A stretch of 64,000 bases of DNA from an uncultured Gemmatimonadales bacterium (GCA_963816355.1 CAWFKH010000001.1:32001-96000), one strand, 5' to 3'. Positions 1 to 10,554 are shown, numbered from the stretch's first letter. Numbers and translations are program-made. Notes: generated by a model not told the origin, from the letters alone.

Positions 1-1395
1 GCTCCGCCTTCGACCTTCGGCACGGTGCTGCTGCTCCGCATCGGGGCCGGCCGGGGTCCCTGCGAGCGCGACCTCGAGTTGGCGCGCGAGGTCGGCCGCC
101 GCGCCGGCATCGCGGTGCAGCACGCCCGGCTGCACCGGGCCGAGCGCGACGCGCGCGCGCGCGCCGAAGCGGAGGTCGAGCGCAGCAAGCGCCTGCAGGC
201 GCTCACCGCCGCGCTCTCCGGCGCCCTCGACGCCGCCGCGATCGCACGCGTCGCTCTCTCCGAGATGATGCCCGCGGCCGGCGCGGCCGCCGGCGAGATC
301 GTGCTCCTCGACGAGCGCGGCGCGGCCCTCGTGACGCTCGCGTCGCGCGGCTTCGGCGAGGACGTGGTGCGGCGCTACGAGCGCTACCCGCTCGACGGCT
401 CGACCCCCGCGACCGTCGTCGTGCGCACCGGCCGCCCCCTGTTCCTGCCCTCCGCCGCCGAGCTCCAGAGCCGATTCCCCGCGAGCGCGCAACTCGAGCG
501 CGACGCCGGATACGCGGCCAGCGCGACGCTCCCGCTAGCGGTCGAGGACCGCGCGTTCGGCGCGCTCACGTTGCACTGGACCGAGGACCGCGAATTCGAC
601 GCCGCCGATCGCGATCTGCTGCTCTCCGCGACCCGCCAGTGCGCGCAGGCGTTCGAGCGCGTCCGACTCTACGAGGCCGAGCGCGTCGCGCGCGCGGAGG
701 CGGAAGCCGCCAACCGCGCCAAGTCCGAGTTCCTCGCCGTCATGAGCCACGAGCTGCGCACGCCGCTGAACGCGATCGTCGGCTTCACGGAACTGCTGCA
801 GCTCGGCGTCCGCGGCCCGCTGCGCCCCGAGCAGCAGCAGGACCTGGCCCGCGTGCGCACCGCCGCCGCGCACCTCCTCGGCATCATCAACTCCGTGCTG
901 AACCAGGCGAAGATCGAGGCGGGCCAGCTCGACTACCACCTCTCCACGTTCCCTCTCGACCCCGTGCTCCGCGAGACCTACGAGCTGGTCGAGCCGCTCC
1001 TCGCCGCCCGGGGCCTCGGCTTCCGCTCGACCGGCCCCGACGACGAGGTGCACGTCCACGCCGACCGCGAGAAGCTCAAGCAGGTGCTGCTCAACCTCCT
1101 CGGCAACGCCGTGAAGTACACCGAGGAGGGCGGGATCGTCGTGACGATCGACACGACCGCGGACGCGGTCCACCTCCGCATCCGCGACTCCGGCATCGGC
1201 ATCTCCGCCTCCAAGCTCGAGCACATCTTCGACGCCTTCGTCCAGGTCGAGCCGTCGATCACCCGCACCCACGAGGGCATCGGCCTCGGCCTCACCATCA
1301 GCCGCGCCCTCGCGCGCGGCATGGGCGGCGACATCCACGCCGAGAGCACCCTCGGCCGTGGCTCCACCTTCACGCTCCGCCTCCGCCGCGCCTGA
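1..1395 (+). CDS. GAF-domain sensor histidine kinase (5' end outside window)
   Basis: GAF-like region, H-box FLAVMSHELRTPLNAI, N-box NLLGNAVKYT, DSGIGI, GIGLGL; frame open back to base 1. Confidence 0.9.
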   Translation, partial: APPSTFGTVLLLRIGAGRGPCERDLELAREVGRRAGIAVQHARLHRAERDARARAEAEVERSKRLQALTAALSGALDAAAIARVALSEMMPAAGAAAGEIVLLDERGAALVTLASRGFGEDVVRRYERYPLDGSTPATVVVRTGRPLFLPSAAELQSRFPASAQLERDAGYAASATLPLAVEDRAFGALTLHWTEDREFDAADRDLLLSATRQCAQAFERVRLYEAERVARAEAEAANRAKSEFLAVMSHELRTPLNAIVGFTELLQLGVRGPLRPEQQQDLARVRTAAAHLLGIINSVLNQAKIEAGQLDYHLSTFPLDPVLRETYELVEPLLAARGLGFRSTGPDDEVHVHADREKLKQVLLNLLGNAVKYTEEGGIVVTIDTTADAVHLRIRDSGIGISASKLEHIFDAFVQVEPSITRTHEGIGLGLTISRALARGMGGDIHAESTLGRGSTFTLRLRRA

Positions 1396-1405
1396 AGCCC
1401 CGCGC

Positions 1406-1421
1406 TGGCATGGCGGTTGCC
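1406..1421 (+). promoter_or_regulatory. sigma-54-type -24/-12 promoter
   Basis: TGGCATGGCGGTTGCC matches TGGCAY-N5-TTGC; about 77 nt upstream of the PRC-barrel gene. Confidence 0.6.
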
Positions 1422-1497
1422 CCGCAAGGTGCGACCGGAGCCGCGTTCCGGGGCGTCGCCCCGCCGGCTCTCCTGACGACGCGCAACGGAGGTCGCC

Positions 1498-2496
1498 ATG
1501 GCCATCAGCCCCATATCCCGACGGCCCGATCACACGCTCCCGGCCGGCACCCCGGACGTCCGTAGCTGGGAGGTCCGATCCGCGGTCGACGACGAGAGAG
1601 TCGGTACGGTCGACGACATCCTCGTCGACGACGAACGCGACGACGCCCGCTTCCTCGACGTCGACCTCGGGCCGCTTCACGGCCATCGCCTGCTGCCGGC
1701 ACGCCGCACGCGCCCGGACGGCGAGCGCCGCATCCTCTGGGTCGACGGCCTCGCGCGCGACGACCTCGAGAACGCGCCCAAATACGCGCTCGACGGCGAC
1801 GTCGTCCCCGCCGACCACGTCCGCCGCGCCGAGGCCGCCTACGACGCCGCGAGCGAGCGCCGCGCCGCGGAAAGCCGCGAAGCCGCGCGCACGCCCGCCG
1901 GCCGCCCCGCCGCCACCGGCGTCCCCGGCGACTCCCCCGCGCGCCTCGCCCGGCTCGACGACCTCGACGAGTACCGCGTCGCCGGCGGCGACGCCGACCC
2001 GCGCGGCTGGAAGCTCGTCACCATCGAGGCGAAGCCGGTCGGCAAGGTGGCGGAGCTGCTCGTCGACATCGAGGAGCGCAGGGTCCGCTACCTCGACTGC
2101 GACCTCGACGAGAAGACGCTCCGGCTCGAACCGCTCGACCGCCACGTGCTCATCCCCGTCGAGCGCGTCCGCCTCGACCCGCGCCACCACCGCGTCGTCG
2201 TCGACGGACTCCTCGAGCGCGACCTCCGCGACTACCCCGTCTACGGCGGCCTGCCGCTGCGCGGCGAGGACGCGGCTCGCATCCGCGCGGCGTTCGAGGA
2301 CGACGGCGCTGGCGACGCGATCCGGCGCAGGGAGGAAGTGCAGGCGGCGCCGCGCCGCGAGGAGACCGCCGTCGAGGAGCCGGCGAGTGATGAGCGCCGC
2401 CGCGTCGAGGCGGTCCAGCTGCGCGGCGAAGGCGAGGAGGTCCGCATCCATCTGAGCGGCGACGACATCGTGATCGAGAAGCGGCCGCGCACCTGA
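1498..2496 (+). CDS. tandem PRC-barrel domain protein
   Basis: Two units DVRSWEV...VGTVDDILVD...RFLDV and DPRGWKLV...VGKVAELLVD...RYLD; SD GGAGG. Confidence 0.8.
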   Translation: MAISPISRRPDHTLPAGTPDVRSWEVRSAVDDERVGTVDDILVDDERDDARFLDVDLGPLHGHRLLPARRTRPDGERRILWVDGLARDDLENAPKYALDGDVVPADHVRRAEAAYDAASERRAAESREAARTPAGRPAATGVPGDSPARLARLDDLDEYRVAGGDADPRGWKLVTIEAKPVGKVAELLVDIEERRVRYLDCDLDEKTLRLEPLDRHVLIPVERVRLDPRHHRVVVDGLLERDLRDYPVYGGLPLRGEDAARIRAAFEDDGAGDAIRRREEVQAAPRREETAVEEPASDERRRVEAVQLRGEGEEVRIHLSGDDIVIEKRPRT

Positions 2497-2588
2497 GGCC
2501 GCCACCCGCCGCCGCCCCCGCGGGCGAACGCCGGCCGGCCTCGGGGCGGGTGCGGCGGCGACCATCGAGGAGAGGAGGGATCGAAGAT

Positions 2589-2852
2589 ATGGCAGAGATC
2601 GGCATCGAGCGCCGCCCCCGGCGCAAGCTGTGGCCGTGGCTGCTCGCGCTCGTCCTCATCGTCGTCGCCGTCGTCGCGTTCTGGGCGTGGTACTCCGGTG
2701 GCCTCGGCACGAAGCCGGCCCCCGCCGACGACGTCACCGCGCCGGCGGGCGCGCGGCACCCGGGCGCGGAAGGAGCGCCCGGCGGGGCCGGCGTGCCGGC
2801 CAGGCCCGGCGTAGCGGGACGTTGCCCGCGCGGCGAGCAGGCGCCACCTTGA
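2589..2852 (+). CDS. small single-pass membrane protein
   Basis: Strong SD GAGGAGG; MAEIGIERRPRRKLWPWLLALVLIVVAVVAFWAWY hydrophobic helix. Confidence 0.65.
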   Translation: MAEIGIERRPRRKLWPWLLALVLIVVAVVAFWAWYSGGLGTKPAPADDVTAPAGARHPGAEGAPGGAGVPARPGVAGRCPRGEQAPP

Positions 2853-2907
2853 GCGCGACATCCGCGCGCTGCGGCGCGCCCCTTCCCGCACCGACACGAC
2901 ACGCCCC

Positions 2908-3489
2908 TTGAGCGACGAACGCGTGCCGCTGCCGCGCCTCGCGGCCGGGATCGACCGCCTCAACGAGTTCGTCGGCACCATGATCCAGTGGCTGGCACTG
3001 GTGATGGTGGGGGTCGGCGCCTACAACGCGCTCGCCCGTTACGCGAGCCGCTGGGCCGGCATGCCGCTCACGTCGAACGCGCTCTTCGACGTGCAGTGGT
3101 ACCTCTTCAGCCTGATCTTCCTGCTCGGCGCCGCCTACGGCCTGAAGCACGACGTCCACGTGCGCGTCGACGTGCTCTACGCGCGGCTCGGCCCGCGGGC
3201 GCAGGCGTGGGTCGACCTCCTCGGCACGCTGCTCTTCCTCCTGCCGTTCTGCGCCCTGATGCTGTGGACGTCGTGGCCGGCCGTGCGCAACTCATGGGCG
3301 ATACGCGAGACCTCGCCCGACCCCGGCGGCCTCGCCCGCTACCCCATCAAGACCGTCCTTCTCGTCTCCTTCGTGCTCCTCCTGCTCCAGGGCCTCTCGC
3401 GGATCCTCCGGACGATCGGCGTGCTGCGCGGCGCCCCGCCGGAGGAGGCGGGCATCGACCGCGCGCACCACCACGGGGAGGGCGTCTGA
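2908..3489 (+). CDS. dctQ: TRAP transporter small permease
   Basis: Four TM segments; QWYLFSLIFLLGAAY, HVRVD, ETSPDPGG motifs. Confidence 0.9.
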   Translation: MSDERVPLPRLAAGIDRLNEFVGTMIQWLALVMVGVGAYNALARYASRWAGMPLTSNALFDVQWYLFSLIFLLGAAYGLKHDVHVRVDVLYARLGPRAQAWVDLLGTLLFLLPFCALMLWTSWPAVRNSWAIRETSPDPGGLARYPIKTVLLVSFVLLLLQGLSRILRTIGVLRGAPPEEAGIDRAHHHGEGV

Positions 3490-4790
3490 GCGGCCACGTC
3501 TGGGGCCCCCTCATGTTCGTCGGGGCGCTCGCCCTCATCTTCACCGGCTACCCCGTCGCGTTCGCGCTCGCCGGCACCGCGATGCTCTTCGCGCTGCTCG
3601 GCTCGATCGCCGGCGTGTTCGACCCGGCGCTGCTCAGCGCGATGCCCGAGCGCGCCTTCGGCATCATGTCCAACTACACGCTCCTCGCCGTGCCCTTCTT
3701 CATCTTCATGGGCACCGTCCTGCAGAAGTCCCGCCTCGCCGAGCAGCTGCTCGAGACCATCGGCATCCTCTTCGGCCGCTTCCGCGGCGGCATCGCGCTC
3801 GGCGTCGTCTTCGTCGGCGCGCTGCTCGCGGCCGCCACCGGCGTCGTCGGCGCCTCCGTCACCGCGATGGGCCTCATCTCGCTGCCCGTGATGCTGCGCT
3901 ACGGCTACCGCCGCGAAGCCGCCCTCGGCGTCGTCGCCGCGTCCGGCACCCTCGGCCAGATCATCCCGCCCAGCATCGTGCTGATCGTGCTCGGCGACCA
4001 GCTCGGCGTCTCCGTCGGCGACCTCTTCGCCCACGCGCTCCTGCCCGGCCTCGCGCTCACCGCCCTCTACACGATCTACATCGTCGTGCTGGCGACGACG
4101 CGGCCGCACGCGCTGCCCGCCATGCCCGCCGCCGCGCGCGACGTCCACGGCATCGACCTGCTCCGCCGCGTCGCCTTCTCCCTCGTGCCGCCGCTCTTCC
4201 TCATCCTCGTCGTGCTCGGCAGCATCTTCGCCGGCCTCGCCACGCCCACCGAGGCGGGCGCGCTCGGCGCCATCGGCGCGATGGCCCTCGCGGCGGCGAA
4301 CCGGCGCCTCGACCGCGCCGCGCTCCGCGCCGCCATGCTCGAGACCTCCAGGCTGACCATCATGGTCGTCTTCCTGCTCATCGGCTCGACCGCTTTCTCC
4401 CTCGTCTTCCGCGGCCTCTACGGCGACATCTGGATCGCCGACATGCTCACCGGCCTGCCGGGCGGCGCGCTCGGCTTCCTCATCGCCGTCAACCTCGTCA
4501 TCTTCCTGCTCGGCTTCTTCATCGACTTCTTCGAGATCGCCTTCATCATCGTGCCGCTCATCGTCGCGCCCGCGGCCCAGCTCCACATCGACCTCGTCTG
4601 GCTCGGCATCGTCATCGCGCTCAACCTCCAGACCTCCTTCCTCACGCCGCCCTTCGGCTTCTCGCTCTTCTACCTGCGCGGCGTGACGCCGCCCGAGATC
4701 CCCACGACCTCGATCTACCGCGGCGCCGTGCCGTACATCGCGATCCAGGCGCTGCTGCTCGCGGTCGTGATCGCGCTCGCGCACCCTTGA
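3486..4790 (+). CDS. dctM: TRAP transporter large permease (start CTG 3486 or ATG 3513)
   Basis: GYPVAFAL, GTLGQIIPPS, ATPTEA, LQTSFLTPPFG motifs; follows dctQ. Confidence 0.9.
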   Translation: MSGHVWGPLMFVGALALIFTGYPVAFALAGTAMLFALLGSIAGVFDPALLSAMPERAFGIMSNYTLLAVPFFIFMGTVLQKSRLAEQLLETIGILFGRFRGGIALGVVFVGALLAAATGVVGASVTAMGLISLPVMLRYGYRREAALGVVAASGTLGQIIPPSIVLIVLGDQLGVSVGDLFAHALLPGLALTALYTIYIVVLATTRPHALPAMPAAARDVHGIDLLRRVAFSLVPPLFLILVVLGSIFAGLATPTEAGALGAIGAMALAAANRRLDRAALRAAMLETSRLTIMVVFLLIGSTAFSLVFRGLYGDIWIADMLTGLPGGALGFLIAVNLVIFLLGFFIDFFEIAFIIVPLIVAPAAQLHIDLVWLGIVIALNLQTSFLTPPFGFSLFYLRGVTPPEIPTTSIYRGAVPYIAIQALLLAVVIALAHP

Positions 4791-4800
4791 GCGCTCGCCG

Positions 4801-4986
4801 GGCGGCGAGGGAAGCTCGGCCTGGCGGCGAGGGAAGCTCGGCCTGACGGCCGAGGGAAGCCCGCCTGGCGGCGGGGGAAGCTCGCCTGCGGCGAGGGGGG
4901 CGCCTGGCGGCGCGGAAGCTCGGCCTGACGGCCGAGGGAAGCCCGCCTGGCGGCGGGGGAAGCTCGCCTGCGGCGAGGGGGGCGCC
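4801..4986. repeat. array of GC mini-hairpins with GGAAG linkers (REP/BIME-like)
   Basis: ~22-nt units; identical 73-bp block at 4832-4904 and 4914-4986. Confidence 0.8.
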
Positions 4987-4999
4987 GGACGGCGTGGGG

Positions 5000-6166
5000 T
5001 CAGGGGGAGGGGCGGGGGAAGGCGAAGGAGGCATAGGAGAGTTCGGGGCGGGCGAAGTAGGCGAAGGCGGTGCGGCGGAAGGCGGACCACTGGTCGTGGA
5101 TCTTGCGGAAGGACGGGTTCTGCGCGGCGAGGTCGCCGAGGACGCTGTCGGCGGCGCGGGCGGACGCTTCCATGACGTCGCGCGGGAACTCCCGCAGCTG
5201 GACGCCCTTCTCGCCGACGAGGCGCTGGAGCGCCTTCGGGTTCGCCTCGTCGTAGCGTGCGAGCATGTCCTGGTTGACCTCGCGCGTCGCGCTCTCGAGC
5301 ACGTGCCGGTAGCCTTCGGGAAGCTGGTCCCAGGCGCGCTGGTTCACCTGCAGCGAGATCGTCGGACCGGGCTCCCACCAGCCCGGGTAGTAGTAGTACT
5401 TCGCGATCTCGTCGAAGCCGAGCTTCTCGTCGTCGTACGGGCCGACCCACTCCGTCGCGTCGATCGCGCCGCGCTCGAGCGCGGGGTAGATGTCACCGCC
5501 GGCGAGCACCTGCACCGTCACGCCCAGGCGGCTCATCACCTCGCCGCCGAGCCCGGGAATCCGCATCCGCAGCCCCTTCAGATCGGCCAGCGAATCCACC
5601 GGACGGCGGAACCACCCGCCCATCTGGCAGCCGGTGTTGCCGCACGGAAAGCTGAGCATGCCGAAGTCGGCGAAGACGTCGCGCAGCAGTTCCATGCCGC
5701 CGCCATGATAGAGCCACGCGGCGCGCTGCCGTGCGTTGAACCCGAACGGCACCCCGGAATCGAACGCCAGCGCCGGGTTCTTCCCGATGTAGTAGTACGA
5801 CGCCGTGTGCCCCGCCTGAACCGTCCCCTGCTGCACCGCGTCCATCACCTGCAGCCCCGGCACCAGCTCGCCGGCCGGATAGACCCGCAGCGTGAAACGG
5901 CCGCCCGTGAGCTGCGCCACCCGCGCCGCCAGCGTCTCCGCGTTGCCGTACAGGATGTCGAGGCCGCGCGGAAAGCTCGATGCGACGCGCCACGTCACGC
6001 TCGGGCCCGCCACCGCGCCCGTCGCTCGCGACGACGCGCCCGCGCCCGGCGATCCCTGGCCGCACGCCGCCGCGACGCCGCTGCCGGCGGCGGCGACGCC
6101 GGTGCCCGCCGCCGCCAGCGCCGCCTTCCCGAGGAAGCTGCGTCGTCCCATCGGTGGATTGCTCAT
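5000..6166 (-). CDS. dctP: TRAP substrate-binding protein (TakP/DctP type), Tat signal
   Basis: GRRSFL Tat motif; GNTGCQMGGWF, MRIPGLGG, EWVGPYDD, YYPGWWEP. Confidence 0.9.
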   Translation of the reverse strand: MSNPPMGRRSFLGKAALAAAGTGVAAAGSGVAAACGQGSPGAGASSRATGAVAGPSVTWRVASSFPRGLDILYGNAETLAARVAQLTGGRFTLRVYPAGELVPGLQVMDAVQQGTVQAGHTASYYYIGKNPALAFDSGVPFGFNARQRAAWLYHGGGMELLRDVFADFGMLSFPCGNTGCQMGGWFRRPVDSLADLKGLRMRIPGLGGEVMSRLGVTVQVLAGGDIYPALERGAIDATEWVGPYDDEKLGFDEIAKYYYYPGWWEPGPTISLQVNQRAWDQLPEGYRHVLESATREVNQDMLARYDEANPKALQRLVGEKGVQLREFPRDVMEASARAADSVLGDLAAQNPSFRKIHDQWSAFRRTAFAYFARPELSYASFAFPRPSP

Positions 6167-6220
6167 CGTCGTCCAGCTCCGTACCGTGTCTTTCGAGGGC
6201 CTCGAACCGGGTGCCACCGC

Positions 6221-6761
6221 TTGGTCAAGTCGATCCTGTTACTACGCGGCATCAACGTCGGGGGCAAGAACGTCCTGCCGATGGCCGAGCTCACGCGGGT
6301 GCTCGAATAGCTCGGCGTCGAGGACGTGCGGACGTACATCCAGAGCGGCAACGCGGTCTTCCGCGGACCGGAAGCCGGCGTCGCCCGCGCTGTCGCGGCG
6401 GATCTCGGACGCGATCGAGCGGCGCCGCGGCTTCAGGCCGCACGCCCTGCTGTTGAGCGAGGAGGCGCTGGCGGACGCGATCGCGTCGAACCCGTTTCCG
6501 GATGCGGAGGCCACGCCCCGGACACTCCACGTCTTCTTCCTCGACGCCCGGCCGGTGAACGCCGACGTCGAGTCCCTGGCCGAGCTCCGCGCGCCCTCCG
6601 AGCGCTTCCACCTCGCGGACCGCGCCCTCTACCTCCACGCGCCCGACGGAATCGGCCGCTCCAGACTCGCCGCGAACGTCGAGAAGCGCGTCGGTGTCCC
6701 CGCCACCGCTCGGAACTGGCGCACCGTCCAGAAGCTGTGGGAGATGGCGCAAGCCCCGTGA
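6221..6761 (+). pseudogene. DUF1697 family protein, interrupted
   Basis: LLRGINVGGKN...L[TAG 6308-6310]LGVEDVRTYIQSGN, then +1 shift at CCC 6384-6386, then ...TARNWRTV. Confidence 0.8.
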
Positions 6762-7040
6762 GACCGCCGGCTCTCCCCGCCGGCCATCCCCCGGGGCCGC
6801 GCTCCCGGCCGCGCTCCCGGCCGCGCATCCGCCGCGCACCCGCCCCCCATCCGCACGAGGCGCGAGGGGCGGGGCTGATGCCCGCACGAGGCGCGAGGCG
6901 CCGGCCTGATTCCCGCACGCGACACGAGGGGCCCCGGCGGAATCCGCCGGAGCCCCTCGCCCTCTCCCGGGAGCCCCGCGATCTCCAGGGAGCGCCACCG
7001 GAGCCCCCGTAGGCCCCAGCACCCGCAGCCCCCGGACCTG

Positions 7041-10000
7041 CTACCTCTCCGCCCCGCCCTCCTCCCCGCCCTCGGCGTCCTCCGCCGAACCCTGCCCCTT
7101 CACGTGCACCGTCTGCCGCAGCGTCTGGCCACCCGCCGTCAGCACCACCGTGTAGTCCCCGCTGTCCACGGTGCCCGGCCCGCCGCCGAAGCCGCGGAAC
7201 CCGCCGAAGCCCCGGATGCCGGAGCTGCGCAGCGCCTGGAAGATCTCGCGGATCACGTCGGTCGGCACCTCGCCGCCCGCCGCCCCCGCGCCGCCCGCCC
7301 TCGCGGCACCCGCCGCGGCACCCGCCCCCGCAGCCCCGCGTTCCCGCGGCGGCGGCGACTCCGCCGGCCGCGCGACGAACGGCTCCCCCGCCACCACGCC
7401 TTCACCGCGCCCGCCGCCGCCGAAGAAGCGGCGGCCGCCGCCCTCGATCTGCGCGAGCGCGCGGTCCACCATCCGCCGATCCATTCCGGACGACACCAGC
7501 GAGTCCCCGATCTCCTTCAGCCGCACCACCCTCGCCACGCTGTCCCGCTTCTCCGAAGGCGACAGCGGCCCGCGCGGCTCCGGCTTCTTGCGGAAGTCCC
7601 ACGCCACGTGGTGAAGCCCGCGGCTGCCGGGGCCCGTCAGCGTCTGCACCGTGTCGCCCGCCGCGTTCAGGATCGCGATGTGGACCTGCTCCGCCCGCGG
7701 CGGCCGCCGGAATCCACCCGCGCCCGCGGCGCCCGCCCGAGCGCCCGCGACTCCCGCCCGAGCGCCGGCGCCGGCTCGTTCGCCCGCCCCGGCACCGGCT
7801 CGAGCACCCGCGGCGCCCGCCTGGGCGCCCGCGGCCGCGCCCTCGTCCCCGGCCGCGCCGTCGCCCGACAGCTCCGCCGCCGCCGGCGCCAGCGCCTGGG
7901 GCAGCCAGTAGGAGATCGTGGCGCCGTAGTCGGGGCTGGGCGCCTGGAAGAACTGCTGCGCGACCGACTCGCCGCCGATGGGCGGGTCGCCGAACTGGAA
8001 CGCGCTGTCGGGGTCGAAGAGGACCGGCCCGGCGAGGTCCGCCTTCGGCAGCTGCTCGAGAGGCGCGATGCCGACGATCCACAGCGAGCGGCCGTGCGTG
8101 CCGGCGATCAGCTCGTGGTCGCGCGGGTGGATCTTCAGGTCGAAGACGGCGACCGTCGGGAAGTTCTCCATGAACGCCCGCCAGCTCGCGCCCCGGTCGG
8201 TCGACACGTAGACGCCCACGCCCGTGCCGGCGAAGAGCAGGTCGCGGTTGTACGGGTCCTCGCGGATCACCAGCACGAAGTCCGGGCCGCCGGTGGGCAG
8301 ACCCGCGGCGATCGAGCGGAAGCTCCTGCCGCCGTCGTTCGTCACGAAGACGTACGGCTTGAAGTCGTTCGTCGTGTGGCCGTCGAACGTGACGTAGAAC
8401 GTGTTCGCGTCGAAGTGCGACGGCTCGATGCGGCTCACCCACGTGGTGTCCGGCACCAGCCCCTTGAAGCGCGGCGTCAGGTTCGTCCAGTGGCCGCCGT
8501 CGTCCGGCGAGAGCCAGACGTTGCCGTCGTCGGTGCCCGCGTAGAGCAGGCCGCGCGTCACCGGCGACTCCGCGAGCGCCGTGATCGTCGCGTACGTCTC
8601 GGCGCCGGTCACGTCCGGCGTGATGCCGCCGGTCGTCGCCGTGCTGACCCGGATCTTCGCCGTGTCGCGCTTGCTCAGGTCCGGCGAGATCACGATCAGC
8701 GTGTCGCCCCGGTTCGGCGACTTCAGCACCTTGTTCGCGCCGACGTAGAGCACGTGCGGGTCGTGCGGCGAGAGGAAGAACGGCGTGTCCCAGTTGAAGC
8801 GCAGCGCGCTGTCCACCGAGTCCGCGAACTGGCGCGCGCGCAGCTCGGCCAGGTGCTTCTTCACCGCCGCCGGCGGCGGCGACGTCGTATCGCCGCGCTC
8901 CACGACGATCGAGTCCTCGTACTCGCGGTAGCGGTCCTCCCACCCCGGCTTGCGCAGCCGCTTCGACTCGCCGCTCGCCATGTTCACGCGCACCACGTTG
9001 CCGCCCTGCGACTCCGCGTAGACCGTGTTCGCGTCCGTCGGGTCCTGCGCCGTGTAGAAGCCGTCGCCTCCCGCGATCGTCGCCCACATGTAGTTGTCCA
9101 GCATGCCGCGCTGCCGCCGGCTCGGCCCACACCACGAGCCGTTGTCCTGCAGCCCGCCGCACACCCGGTACGGCGTCCCCATGTCGAAGCTGATCGCGTA
9201 GAACTGGCCGATCGGCAGGATGTTCACGTACTCGTAGTTGCCGCCGCGGTCGAACGTCTGCGCCACGCCGCCGTCGTTGCCGACGATGAAGTGCTCCGGG
9301 TCCGTCGGATCGATCCACATCGCGTGGTCGTCCACGTGCACGCCGTTCGTCCCCGTGCGCACCGTCTTGCCGCCGTCGTCGGAAAACTGGAACGGCGTCG
9401 ACGACCAGTAGATCCGGTTCGGATCCTTCGGGTCGACCCTCACCTGCGAGTAGTAGAACGGGCGGTTGTTCCGGTCGTTCATCTTCGCCCACGTCGCGCC
9501 GCCGTCGCCCGAGCGGTAGAGGCCCGACTCGTTCGGCGCCTCCTTCGTCTTCCCCGCCGCCTCGACCAGCGCGTATACGACGTCGCGGTCGCTGGGCGCG
9601 ATGGCGATCCCGATCCGGCCCTTCATCCCCTCCGGGAATCCGCCCCCCTTCACCTCCGCCCACGTGGCGCCGGCGTCCGTCGACTTCCACAGCGCGCCGC
9701 CGGGGCCGCCGCTGTTCAGGAAATACGGCCCGCGCACCCGCTGCCAGCTCGAGGCGAAGACCACGTCCGGATTCGCCGGGTCCAGCGCGACGTCGACGAA
9801 GCCGGCCTTGTCGCTCACGAACTTGCTCTTCTTCCACGTGCGGCCGCCGTCCGTCGTCTTGTACAGGCCGCGCTCCGGGTTCGCGCCCCACGCGTGACCC
9901 AGCGCCGCCACGTAGACGACGTCCGCATCGCGCGGATCGACCACGATGCGGCCGATCTGCTGCGTCGCCTCCAGCCCCATCGACTGCCACGTCAGCCCGC

Positions 10001-10397
10001 CGTCCGTCGACTTGTAGACGCCGCCGCCCGGCAGGATCGAGTTGCGCGAGTCCTCCTCCCCCGTCCCCGCCCACACCTGCATCGTGTCGCTCGGCGCGAT
10101 CGCCAGATCACCCATCGACGCCACGCGCTCGTGCTCGAACACCGGCCGGAACGTCGTCCCGGAATTCGTCGTCTTCCAGATCCCGCCGCCCGCGGCGGCG
10201 ACGAAATACGTCTTCGACGGACTCGCGATCCCCTCGATGTCCGTCACGCGGCCGTCCACGTTCGCCGGCCCGATCGTGCGCCAGCGGAACGCCGCGAGGA
10301 ACGTCGAATCCGGTGCGGCGCTCGACTGCGCCTGCAGCGGCGCGGCGCAGAGCGCCGCCAGCGCGAAGACGGCACCACGGAGGCGTTGCTTCTTCAT
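7041..10397 (-). CDS. secreted VPS10/BNR (Asp-box) repeat beta-propeller protein
   Basis: Signal peptide; WRTIGPA..GR; many S/T-x-D-G-G-x-T-W repeats; GGLQDNG, GGDGF, THGR. Confidence 0.85.
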   Translation of the reverse strand: MKKQRLRGAVFALAALCAAPLQAQSSAAPDSTFLAAFRWRTIGPANVDGRVTDIEGIASPSKTYFVAAAGGGIWKTTNSGTTFRPVFEHERVASMGDLAIAPSDTMQVWAGTGEEDSRNSILPGGGVYKSTDGGLTWQSMGLEATQQIGRIVVDPRDADVVYVAALGHAWGANPERGLYKTTDGGRTWKKSKFVSDKAGFVDVALDPANPDVVFASSWQRVRGPYFLNSGGPGGALWKSTDAGATWAEVKGGGFPEGMKGRIGIAIAPSDRDVVYALVEAAGKTKEAPNESGLYRSGDGGATWAKMNDRNNRPFYYSQVRVDPKDPNRIYWSSTPFQFSDDGGKTVRTGTNGVHVDDHAMWIDPTDPEHFIVGNDGGVAQTFDRGGNYEYVNILPIGQFYAISFDMGTPYRVCGGLQDNGSWCGPSRRQRGMLDNYMWATIAGGDGFYTAQDPTDANTVYAESQGGNVVRVNMASGESKRLRKPGWEDRYREYEDSIVVERGDTTSPPPAAVKKHLAELRARQFADSVDSALRFNWDTPFFLSPHDPHVLYVGANKVLKSPNRGDTLIVISPDLSKRDTAKIRVSTATTGGITPDVTGAETYATITALAESPVTRGLLYAGTDDGNVWLSPDDGGHWTNLTPRFKGLVPDTTWVSRIEPSHFDANTFYVTFDGHTTNDFKPYVFVTNDGGRSFRSIAAGLPTGGPDFVLVIREDPYNRDLLFAGTGVGVYVSTDRGASWRAFMENFPTVAVFDLKIHPRDHELIAGTHGRSLWIVGIAPLEQLPKADLAGPVLFDPDSAFQFGDPPIGGESVAQQFFQAPSPDYGATISYWLPQALAPAAAELSGDGAAGDEGAAAGAQAGAAGARAGAGAGERAGAGARAGVAGARAGAAGAGGFRRPPRAEQVHIAILNAAGDTVQTLTGPGSRGLHHVAWDFRKKPEPRGPLSPSEKRDSVARVVRLKEIGDSLVSSGMDRRMVDRALAQIEGGGRRFFGGGGRGEGVVAGEPFVARPAESPPPRERGAAGAGAAAGAARAGGAGAAGGEVPTDVIREIFQALRSSGIRGFGGFRGFGGGPGTVDSGDYTVVLTAGGQTLRQTVHVKGQGSAEDAEGGEEGGAER

Positions 10398-10554
10398 CCT
10401 GACCTCGATCGCTGTGTGGACGTGGACCCGGCGCGCGGCCGCTCGCGACCGCGCTCGGCCGCCTCGGCCGCCTCGGCCGCGCGGGAGTCGGAGACGCGGC
10501 CCCGCCCGGGCCGCTCAGCCTTGAACGACGCGCGGCGCCCGCAAAACGTTGAGC

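Noticed and set aside
1498..2496. Photosynthetic reaction-centre H subunit (puhA)
   Set aside because: Only the PRC-barrel fold is shared; no N-terminal TM helix and no puf/bch genes nearby
6308..6310. Pyrrolysine or amber read-through in DUF1697
   Set aside because: A frameshift also disrupts the gene, and TAG serves as a normal stop elsewhere in the window
6770..7035. Short degenerate repeats between DUF1697 and the VPS10 gene
   Set aside because: Only two or three imperfect copies of 12-18 nt; consistent with GC-rich slippage
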